From contig NZ_VEWL01000001.1 of assembly GCF_006376685.1 (NCBI RefSeq), forward strand, positions 351,869 to 375,868: a stretch of 24,000 nt of DNA, given 5' to 3'. Made by a program: the position numbers and the translations under genes. The notes beneath the pieces were generated by a model, which saw nothing but the letters and a program-made list of their open reading frames with translations, did no database searches and was not told the DNA's origin. This stretch comes from Ochrobactrum teleogrylli. GTDB lineage: Bacteria > Pseudomonadota > Alphaproteobacteria > Rhizobiales > Rhizobiaceae. This document shows positions 8,535 through 15,422 of the stretch, in pieces. Positions within the stretch are counted from its first letter, which is position 1. The number at the start of each line of letters is the position of its first letter.

Positions 8535-9569
8535 TCAGATTTCGTCCGTATATACGTCGCGGGTCAGATTGGTGAGGTCGGGAGAAGGGCTGTTGCGGGC
8601 ATACTCAATCGCGTCGGCGATTTCCTTCTCGACATTGGCCCGGATGGCTTCGATCTCGTTGTCGTCGATCACGCCATAAGCCTTCAGATCGGCCTCGAAA
8701 TGCGCGATGGGGTCGCGATTATTGGCCCAATCCTCGATCTCTTCCTTGGTGCGATAACGGTTGCGGTCGCTCTTGGAATGACCGCGAAGGCGATAGGTCT
8801 TGTTCTCGATCAGCGACGGGCCTTCCCCGCGCCGCGCACGCTCCACGGCCTCGTTGATGGCTTCGGCAACGTCGGAAAGGTTGTTGCCGTCCACGACCTT
8901 GCCGGGCATAGCATAGGCCGATGCGCGGTCCGCGACATTCACCACCGCCGTTGAACGCTTGGTTGAAGTAGACATGCCGTAGCCATTGTTTTCGCAAACG
9001 AAAACGACCGGCAACTTCCAGACGGAAGCCATGTTGAGCGCTTCATGGAAAGCGCCTTCATTGTTGGCGCCATCGCCGAAGAAGGACACAACAACCTTGT
9101 TGCTCTTCTGCTTCTTGGCGGAAAGCGCAGCACCCACTGCAATCGGAATGCCACCGCCGACAATGCCATTTGCGCCGAGATTGCCTTTGGATACATCAGC
9201 AATGTGCATGGAGCCGCCGCGACCCTTGCAATAGCCGGTTTCCTTGCCGAAGAACTCGGCAAACATGCGCTTCACATCGGCACCCTTGGCGATGCAATGA
9301 CCATGGCCGCGATGGGTAGAGGTGATCATGTCATCTTCGGTCAAAGGCAGGCAGGAACCCATGGCGCTTGCTTCCTGTCCGATGGACAGGTGCATCGTGC
9401 CGTGAATAAACCCCCGCGTGTAACTTTCTTCCGCGCCTTCTTCGAAGCGGCGGATGAGATACATCTTGTGCAGCGCTTCCTTCAGCTGTTCGGGAGAATA
9501 GGTGCGGAAAGCGAAGGGCAGGTTGTGGCGATCTGCGGCCTGCGCGTCAATCTTTCTGGCCTGAACCAT
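8535..9569 (-). CDS. acoA: Thiamine-diphosphate-dependent dehydrogenase E1 alpha subunit (AcoA-like)
   Basis: 344 aa. ThDP motif [43 protein letters not shown]. Immediately downstream of the COG4091 oxidoreductase gene. Confidence 0.9.
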   Translation of the reverse strand: MVQARKIDAQAADRHNLPFAFRTYSPEQLKEALHKMYLIRRFEEGAEESYTRGFIHGTMHLSIGQEASAMGSCLPLTEDDMITSTHRGHGHCIAKGADVKRMFAEFFGKETGYCKGRGGSMHIADVSKGNLGANGIVGGGIPIAVGAALSAKKQKSNKVVVSFFGDGANNEGAFHEALNMASVWKLPVVFVCENNGYGMSTSTKRSTAVVNVADRASAYAMPGKVVDGNNLSDVAEAINEAVERARRGEGPSLIENKTYRLRGHSKSDRNRYRTKEEIEDWANNRDPIAHFEADLKAYGVIDDNEIEAIRANVEKEIADAIEYARNSPSPDLTNLTRDVYTDEI

Positions 9570-9580
9570 GGTGCGGCTCC

Positions 9581-10900
9581 TTATGCTCCGTAAACGAGCT
9601 TGTCCTGGCGGGCGCGCAGTTCGGCGATCTTCGATCCCGGCGCGACGGCAGCATTGTCATAGGTGATGAGTTCGCCCTTCCTGATCGGCTTTGTCACGCT
9701 GCCGCCCTGAAGAAGACCGCAGGGGATGGCATGCGCTGTACGCGCTTCGCCAGACGTCATGATCCAGGCGCGGTAGCAATATTCGCCAATGGCATCGAGC
9801 TTTTCGCCCGGCTGCATATCCTTCTTGGCCACAGCGCAGACTTCGGCCACCGGCTTTGCCAGGGGCACCATGTCCGGCTTGCCGTAAAGCACGACACGGG
9901 CGCAGGTGAGGGGAACTTCGAGCGAGGTCAGGTGATAAGGGCGGTGGAAGGTGAAGTAAGGGCCTTTGCCCATTTTCAGATCTTCCATGCGTTCCGAAAC
10001 ACGCGGATGCGACATGTCGGCCACAACGAAGACGCCGGGCGCAACACCCTTGCCGATGGAGTAATCCACGACGCCGACTTTCGAAAGCACACCGCCGTCC
10101 TTTTCAGGAATCAGCGTCTTGTTGAGCTGGTCGAGCGTTGCGGCAGGGCCGTGCATGCCCGGCTTGTCCGGCACCAGACCCGTGGCATTGGCGATGGCTG
10201 CCATTTCCACCATGGTCTTGGAGCCATCGACGAACTCCACCAGCATACGCACATTCATGTTGCGGCGTTTGGCTTCTTCCAGATAATCGTCGGGAATGGC
10301 GTCGATATTGAGCGGGTTGTTCTTGCCCTTGCCAGCGGCAACGATGGGATGCCCCATGGCTGAAACGAACTCGATCAGTTCCATGCAGGACGATGGTTCG
10401 TCGCCGGCACCCAGCGAATAGGTGACGCCCAGACGGTCGGCTTCTGCCTTGAGGTAGGCACCGATGGTGACATCGGCTTCGACATTCATCATGACGAGAT
10501 GCTTGCCATGTTCCATGGCGCGCAGGCCGATTTCCGCGCCGACAGCCGGAACGCCGGTGGCGTCGATGACCACATCGATCAAATCATTTTCGAGGATCAG
10601 ACTGGCATTGTCCGTAACGGCGACCTTGCCGCCTTCCATGGCGGAGGTCAGGTCGGAAGCGTTTGAAACTTGCCTGCCGTGGCCTTCTTCCTGATAGGCG
10701 ATATCAACCGCTTTCAAAGCGTTCGGAACACGCAGTTCGGAAATGGCGCCGATTTCGATGCCGGGCATATGCGCCACGCGGGTCACGATGTCGGTGCCCA
10801 TTTCGCCGGAGCCGATCAGCCCGATACGGATCGGCCGTCCGCTGTCAGCACGCGCTTGCATATCACGTGCCAAGCCCGTCAACGCCACATTCGTCGCCAT
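9581..10900 (-). CDS. NAD(P)-dependent oxidoreductase of the COG4091 / homoserine-dehydrogenase-like plus SAF-domain family (DRL/DXR-II-type), 439 aa
   Basis: Rossmann motif IRIGLIGSGEMGTD near the N-terminus. GAGDEPSSCMELIEF and GKGKNNP motifs. A C-terminal SAF-like beta-clip (AVAKKDMQPGEKLD..., KPIRKGELITYDN). AGGAGG RBS. First gene of the operon. Its size and architecture match the family that contains Brucella abortus DRL. Orthology is not verified. Confidence 0.8.
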   Translation of the reverse strand: MATNVALTGLARDMQARADSGRPIRIGLIGSGEMGTDIVTRVAHMPGIEIGAISELRVPNALKAVDIAYQEEGHGRQVSNASDLTSAMEGGKVAVTDNASLILENDLIDVVIDATGVPAVGAEIGLRAMEHGKHLVMMNVEADVTIGAYLKAEADRLGVTYSLGAGDEPSSCMELIEFVSAMGHPIVAAGKGKNNPLNIDAIPDDYLEEAKRRNMNVRMLVEFVDGSKTMVEMAAIANATGLVPDKPGMHGPAATLDQLNKTLIPEKDGGVLSKVGVVDYSIGKGVAPGVFVVADMSHPRVSERMEDLKMGKGPYFTFHRPYHLTSLEVPLTCARVVLYGKPDMVPLAKPVAEVCAVAKKDMQPGEKLDAIGEYCYRAWIMTSGEARTAHAIPCGLLQGGSVTKPIRKGELITYDNAAVAPGSKIAELRARQDKLVYGA

Positions 10901-10958
10901 CTTTTCCTCCTGATGTTCCTCCAGACGCCTTCGCGCCTCTCTTCCCTTACCCGATAAT

Positions 10959-10970
10959 GAACATTTGTTT
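10959..10970 (-). promoter_or_regulatory. Shared operator-like motif, copy 1 (reads AAACAAATGTTC toward the DRL-like/aco operon)
   Basis: Exact 12-mer GAACATTTGTTT on the plus strand, 58 nt upstream of the start at 10900. In the minus orientation it sits 3 nt downstream of a -35-like TTGACT (10979-10974). The same 12-mer recurs at 11066-11077 and 20306-20317. Confidence 0.6.
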
Positions 10971-11064
10971 CCAAGTCAATACGAGTGTACATTTATCACG
11001 CGCCCCAGACCTGTTATTCCTTACCGTGCTTTATCGCTTGTGAACAAACATTGGTCTGCTATAA

Positions 11065-11079
11065 AAAACAAATGTTCTG
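11065..11079 (+). promoter_or_regulatory. Shared operator-like motif, copy 2 (AAAACAAATGTTCTG toward the gat-type PTS operon)
   Basis: This 15-mer is the exact reverse complement of 20304-20318. It lies 118 nt upstream of the IIC start at 11198. It forms an inverted pair with copy 1, about 107 bp centre to centre, in the divergent intergenic region. Confidence 0.6.
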
Positions 11080-11197
11080 CCCGGTGTTTCAAAATGCAAC
11101 ACAACAAAATCTTGTGGGGGCATGCGGCGCGGAACTTGATACAAGCGTTCAAACGGCCTGGCATTCGTTGGAGGATGGCCGGGGGGAGGAGAAAACT

Positions 11198-12607
11198 ATG
11201 GACGCATTTCTAAGCGGCCTGAAATCGGCCATCGATACATTGGGAGCGACGGTCCTGCTCCCTATCGTCATTTTCATTATAGCCGTGGTTCTTGGCGCTA
11301 AGGTGGGCAAAGCCTTCCGCGCTGCCGTGACCATCGGCGTCGCCTTCATCGGTATCAACCTCGTATTGGGGCTGATGTTCACCTCCATTGGCGAGGTGGC
11401 TCAGGCGATTGTTACCAATACGGGCATCAAGCGCGATATCGTCGATGTGGGCTGGCCTTCGGCTGCGGCCATCGCTTTCGGTTCGTCCGTGGGGCTTTGG
11501 GTCATTCCGGTCGGCATTCTGGTCAACATCGCGCTGCTTTTGATGCGCTGGACCCGCACGCTCAATGTCGATGTTTGGAACTTCTGGCACTTTGCCTTTG
11601 TCGGCTCGCTTGTCGTCGCCGCAACGGACAATCTCGCCTATGGCATTATCGTTGCAGCTCTTGTTGCGGCTCTGTCGCTGCTGTTCGCTGACTGGTCGGC
11701 ACGCGCCGTACAGCAGTTCTATGGCGTTCCGGGCGTTTCCGTTCCGCATCTGGCATCGGCGCAAATTCTGCCGATTGCCATCGTGCTCAACTGGATCATG
11801 GATCGCATTCCTGGCATCAACAAGATCCACATCAGCACCGAAACCATCGAACGCCGTTTCGGCGTCTTCGGCGAGCCGGTGGTTCTGGGCCTGATTATCG
11901 GTCTCGTGCTTGGTCTCATCGCTTTCTACAATTCAGGCGATTTCGGCCATGTGCTGGCCAAGGTGCTGGGCACCGGCATGACGCTTGCCGCCGTGATGCT
12001 GCTTCTGCCGCGCATGGTCAAAATCCTGATGGAAGGCCTGCTGCCGGTTTCTGATGCCGCACAGGAATTCGTGCGCAAGCGCACCGGCGACCGCGAATTG
12101 CTGGTCGGTCTCGATTCGGCAATCCTGATCGGCCATCCGGCTGCGATCTCGTCGTCGCTGATCCTCGTGCCGATTGCGATCATCCTGTCGGTGATACTGC
12201 CGGGCAACCGCGTCATCCTGTTTGCCGATCTTGCGGTTATTCCGTTCATCGTCGCCATGACTGCGCCGCTGTTGAAGGGCAACGTGTTCCGCATGGTTGT
12301 CGTCGGCACGGTGACGCTCGCCATCGGCTTCTATGTGGCCAATGCGCTGGCTCCGCTCTTCACGAGCGCTGCCGTGTCATCTGGCTTCAAGTTGCCGGAA
12401 AACGCGTTGCAGATCACTTCGGTGGTCGACGGCTTCCTGTGGGTGCCTTATGTCATCATCGCCGCAATCCAGTGGTTAGGCGTTGTTGGAATCGCAGTTC
12501 TTGCAGTCGTCATCGCCGCAGCGTTCATTCTCTATCGTCGCAACACCGACGGTTGGGAACGCGCTGCCGGTGCGGAAGACGAACCAGCCGAGCAGAACAA
12601 CTGGTAA
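11198..12607 (+). CDS. PTS galactitol-family EIIC permease (GatC-like), 469 aa
   Basis: I chose the start ATG at 11198 (GGAGGA RBS 7 nt upstream). MDAFLSGLKSAIDTLGATVLLPIVIFI..., VDVGWP, NVDVWNFWHF, FGEPVVLG and GLDSAILIGHPA are collinear with E. coli GatC as I recall it. Multiple TM segments. The upstream 71 codons of the track ORF lack any RBS or homology. Confidence 0.88.
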   Translation: MDAFLSGLKSAIDTLGATVLLPIVIFIIAVVLGAKVGKAFRAAVTIGVAFIGINLVLGLMFTSIGEVAQAIVTNTGIKRDIVDVGWPSAAAIAFGSSVGLWVIPVGILVNIALLLMRWTRTLNVDVWNFWHFAFVGSLVVAATDNLAYGIIVAALVAALSLLFADWSARAVQQFYGVPGVSVPHLASAQILPIAIVLNWIMDRIPGINKIHISTETIERRFGVFGEPVVLGLIIGLVLGLIAFYNSGDFGHVLAKVLGTGMTLAAVMLLLPRMVKILMEGLLPVSDAAQEFVRKRTGDRELLVGLDSAILIGHPAAISSSLILVPIAIILSVILPGNRVILFADLAVIPFIVAMTAPLLKGNVFRMVVVGTVTLAIGFYVANALAPLFTSAAVSSGFKLPENALQITSVVDGFLWVPYVIIAAIQWLGVVGIAVLAVVIAAAFILYRRNTDGWERAAGAEDEPAEQNNW

Positions 12608-12670
12608 GGCGCAAAAGCAATATTGGCCGCATACCGGAGAGGTATGCGGCTATCTGCAATGGAGGATGGA

Positions 12671-13132
12671 ATGGCGAACGGCCTGACGGCTTTTCTCGAC
12701 CCTGAAGCGATTGAGCTGCAGAGCGAGGCCAAAACCAATGAGGAAATTATCCGTATTCTGGCGGCGAAGCTGGAACGGCTCGGCTATGTAAAGCCCAGCT
12801 ATGCGGATGCGGTCGTGAAGCGGGAACAGACCATGCCAACCGGTCTGCCGCTGGAGCGCGAAGAAAACGTTGCCGTTCCGCATACCGACCCCGAGCATGT
12901 CCTGAAAGCGGGCATCGCTTTTGCGACGCTGAAAACCCCCGTCATCTTCGCCAATATGGAAGATCCGGAAGAGGACGTTCCCGTCGGATTTGTCTTCCTG
13001 CTTGCCATCAATGACAAGGACAAACAGATCGAGACCTTGCAACAGGTGATGGCGACCATTCAAAATGAGGACGCGCTCGAGAATCTCAAGAAATCGCGCA
13101 CATTGAGTGACGTGGAAGCTGCGCTCGGTTAA
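12671..13132 (+). CDS. PTS EIIA component, type 2 (GatA/mannitol-fructose family)
   Basis: About 153 aa from the ATG at 12671 (GGAGG 5 nt upstream). Candidate phosphorylatable His in NVAVPHTDPEHV. Length and layout are like GatA. The start is ambiguous (alternatives 12623, 12644, 12659). Confidence 0.8.
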   Translation: MANGLTAFLDPEAIELQSEAKTNEEIIRILAAKLERLGYVKPSYADAVVKREQTMPTGLPLEREENVAVPHTDPEHVLKAGIAFATLKTPVIFANMEDPEEDVPVGFVFLLAINDKDKQIETLQQVMATIQNEDALENLKKSRTLSDVEAALG

Positions 13133-13146
13133 TCGGAGGAAACAAA

Positions 13147-13434
13147 ATGGCCAAAATGAAAACGATTCTCTTTGCCTGCGGCACCGGCGTCGCAACATCC
13201 ACTGCCGTGAATGCTGCCGTCACCGAAGAGATGAAAAAGCGCGGGCTGACCTTCAACGCCCAGCAGGCCAAGGCGACCGAAGTGCCGTCTCTGGCTGACA
13301 ATGTGGATTTCATCGTTTCCACGACGCCTATTTCCGCCGCAGTCGAGAAGCGGGTCATCAAGGGCCTCGCATTCCTGACCGGCATCGGCAAGGACAAGGT
13401 TCTGGACGAAATCGAAGCCGAATTGCGCAAGTAA
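13147..13434 (+). CDS. PTS EIIB component (GatB-like, Cys-phosphorylated)
   Basis: 95 aa. MAKMKTILFACGTGVATST contains the active-site Cys loop typical of GatB / lactose-family IIB. GGAGGA RBS upstream. Confidence 0.85.
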   Translation: MAKMKTILFACGTGVATSTAVNAAVTEEMKKRGLTFNAQQAKATEVPSLADNVDFIVSTTPISAAVEKRVIKGLAFLTGIGKDKVLDEIEAELRK

Positions 13435-13450
13435 TTTCGGCCCATTTCAA

Positions 13451-13484
13451 AGGGCGCTTTCGTGCAGGATCACGAAAGCGCCCT
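13451..13484. terminator. Bidirectional terminator hairpin between the gat-type operon and the SorC-family gene
   Basis: Perfect 14-bp stem AGGGCGCTTTCGTG-caggat-CACGAAAGCGCCCT, followed by a T-rich tract on the plus strand. It lies between convergent stops at 13434 and 13514. Confidence 0.75.
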
Positions 13485-13513
13485 AACTATTTGTATTCTC
13501 ACTACTGAGCGGT

Positions 13514-14548
13514 TCAGTTCGGAACGGAATGTCCGATGCGCCGGAGCATTTCGGCGGCACTTTCCTCGTCGGTGATGAACACCGTTGGACGCAGAAGTTT
13601 CATCGCGCCGAGAAGCGCTTCGATCTTTTCCTTGCCGCCGGATGTCAGGATGCGTTGCGGCGTGTTCTGCAAGCTTTCGATGCTGGCCGACATGACGCGC
13701 TCATGCACCGGATCATCGACGATACGGCCATCGGCATTGTAGAAATGGAACAGAACGTCGCCGACCGCACCATTGGCGCGCAGCGATTGTTTCTGCTCTT
13801 CATCGACGAGCCCCACGCGGTAGGACGTGCTGCTGGCGGTCTCGATGCCACCAATGCTGAGCAACACCATGTCGAGATCTTCCGCCATGTCCAGCACTGT
13901 GTTCAGGCCACAACGTTCAATCAGGGCTGTGCGAGTCTCCTTGCTGTCCACGAGGGCGGGCGCGGGGATAAGGTAGCCTTCGCCTTGCAGCATCTGCGCG
14001 AATTGCCAGGCAAATTCGGGCGGGTTGGAGCGTCGTGGCTGCACAATGCCGCCGAGAAGCGAAATGACCTTAAGATCGTTCACCGGACGCGAGCCGATAT
14101 GCTGCAAGGTGCTGGATAAAGTGCGGCCCCAGCCGACACCAATGCGCATGCCGTGCTGGATTTTTTCCGACAGATAAGCGCCGGTCGCAGCACTTATCGG
14201 AGGAATCGGATCGGTCTCGGCAGAGGAGAGGGGCGCGACAATGGCCTGTTCCAGCCTGAACGCCTTTTCAAGCGCCGCTTCCAGCGCGGTCAAAGCCGAA
14301 AGCTTACCTTCAATGGTGATCTTCACCTCGTTGCGGGCGCGGGCATCGGCAAGAAGACGCACAATGGTCACGCGGCCAACACCCAGCGCATCGGCAATAT
14401 CGCTCTGGGTCATCTGCTCGACATAATACATCCACGCCGCACGGGTTCTGAGGCGGCTGGTGCGGTTTTCCGCTGCAACGCCTTCGGAGCCCACCAGAAG
14501 GTCGTTGGTTTCAGCTGCGTTCCGTTTCCCCTTGGCGGTCTTTCTCAA
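13514..14548 (-). CDS. SorC/DeoR-type sugar-binding transcriptional regulator
   Basis: HTH region RAAWMYYVEQMTQSDIADALGVGRVTIVRLLADAR, followed by a SorC sugar-phosphate-binding domain (IGVGWGRTL, VISLLGG, VLLSIGG, GDVLFHFYN). TTG start at 14548 (GGGGA upstream). The start is uncertain. Confidence 0.85.
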   Translation of the reverse strand: MRKTAKGKRNAAETNDLLVGSEGVAAENRTSRLRTRAAWMYYVEQMTQSDIADALGVGRVTIVRLLADARARNEVKITIEGKLSALTALEAALEKAFRLEQAIVAPLSSAETDPIPPISAATGAYLSEKIQHGMRIGVGWGRTLSSTLQHIGSRPVNDLKVISLLGGIVQPRRSNPPEFAWQFAQMLQGEGYLIPAPALVDSKETRTALIERCGLNTVLDMAEDLDMVLLSIGGIETASSTSYRVGLVDEEQKQSLRANGAVGDVLFHFYNADGRIVDDPVHERVMSASIESLQNTPQRILTSGGKEKIEALLGAMKLLRPTVFITDEESAAEMLRRIGHSVPN

Positions 14549-14684
14549 ATCGATTCCCCAAAATTCTTGCAGTTTGCGTCTTTGTGATATGGACCCTATT
14601 GCTTTTCCGGGACGAGGAAAACAATACTTCTTTTGTATCGGTTAAGATACGATTGTTGGCCTCGCTAGGAGGAAGAGATCGATC

Positions 14685-15422
14685 ATGCTGCGCACACTTT
14701 CCGATGAAATCGCCGTCAATCTGAAAGACCGTCTGCGTGACGTGCGTTACGTGATCAGACGCGCCCGGCAAAGTTCGCGTGCGCCCGAAACCAGCCTGCC
14801 CGCACCGGAAGCGCTTCTGGGCCATGCCGCAGGCGTGATGGATACGGCGCTGACCGCCGCCGAGGCGATCTCAATCTCGATTATTTCGTCTGAACCGGCC
14901 AAACATCATGGCGCGCCACAGATGCGCAGCCTATCCTTTTATTTCGGCACCGGTGCGGAAGGTGCGCGCGGTTTCCGCAGCGATATGTATTATTTCCTCA
15001 AGGGAACGATGCGGCGCTACGGACTTGAAAACGCACTTATCCACGAAGCGGCTTTTTCGGTCATCCACGGGCGTCTGTTGCGCAAGCACGCGGAACTTCT
15101 GCGCGATCCTCGAAAGGTTGCACAGGCGCTGGCCGCGCTTTATCTGGAATATCTGGCTGAAAGCCCTGTCCGCTTGACGTCGTTGGAAGTCTCGTGCGAC
15201 CCGGAAAATCTGCGCAAGGCGGAAGTGGTCGGGCTTGCCGCTACTTGCCTCGCTTGCGGGCTGGCGACCGTAAAGCCTGCCGATCTCGCCGATATCGATC
15301 CGCTGGAAAGCGTGTTTATGGTGCTGGAAGCACGCTATGAACGGCTGGTGGATGCGGCAGAGACCCGCGACGCGAAGAAGCTCGAAACCCTCTTCGCGAC
15401 GCTGATTGCCCACCTACCTTAA
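14685..15422 (+). CDS. Hypothetical protein (245 aa), no family recognised
   Basis: ATG with AGGAGG upstream. Codon usage looks native. Mostly helical, with no TM segment or signal peptide seen. It is divergent from the SorC-family gene. Its 3' end overlaps the HPr-EI gene 3' end by 9 nt. Confidence 0.55.
   Translation: MLRTLSDEIAVNLKDRLRDVRYVIRRARQSSRAPETSLPAPEALLGHAAGVMDTALTAAEAISISIISSEPAKHHGAPQMRSLSFYFGTGAEGARGFRSDMYYFLKGTMRRYGLENALIHEAAFSVIHGRLLRKHAELLRDPRKVAQALAALYLEYLAESPVRLTSLEVSCDPENLRKAEVVGLAATCLACGLATVKPADLADIDPLESVFMVLEARYERLVDAAETRDAKKLETLFATLIAHLP

Noticed and set aside
10988-11053. Possible extra degenerate copies of the shared motif (GTACATTTATCA at 10988-10999 and GAACAAACATTG at 11042-11053)
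   Set aside because: Each matches only about 8 of 12 positions. That is within what an AT-rich intergenic region can give by chance, so I did not call them as sites.
11158-11171. Sigma-54-like CTGGCATTCGTTGG upstream of the Gat-type IIC gene
   Set aside because: The GG/GC spacing does not fit TGGCAC-N5-TTGC, and no sigma-54 enhancer-binding activator (AcoR-type) is encoded in the window.
10985-11197. 71-codon 5' extension of the GatC-like ORF in the track (start at 10985)
   Set aside because: The extension covers the AT-rich promoter/operator region. It has no RBS and no homology to GatC N-termini. The ATG at 11198 has a GGAGGA RBS and aligns with the GatC start.
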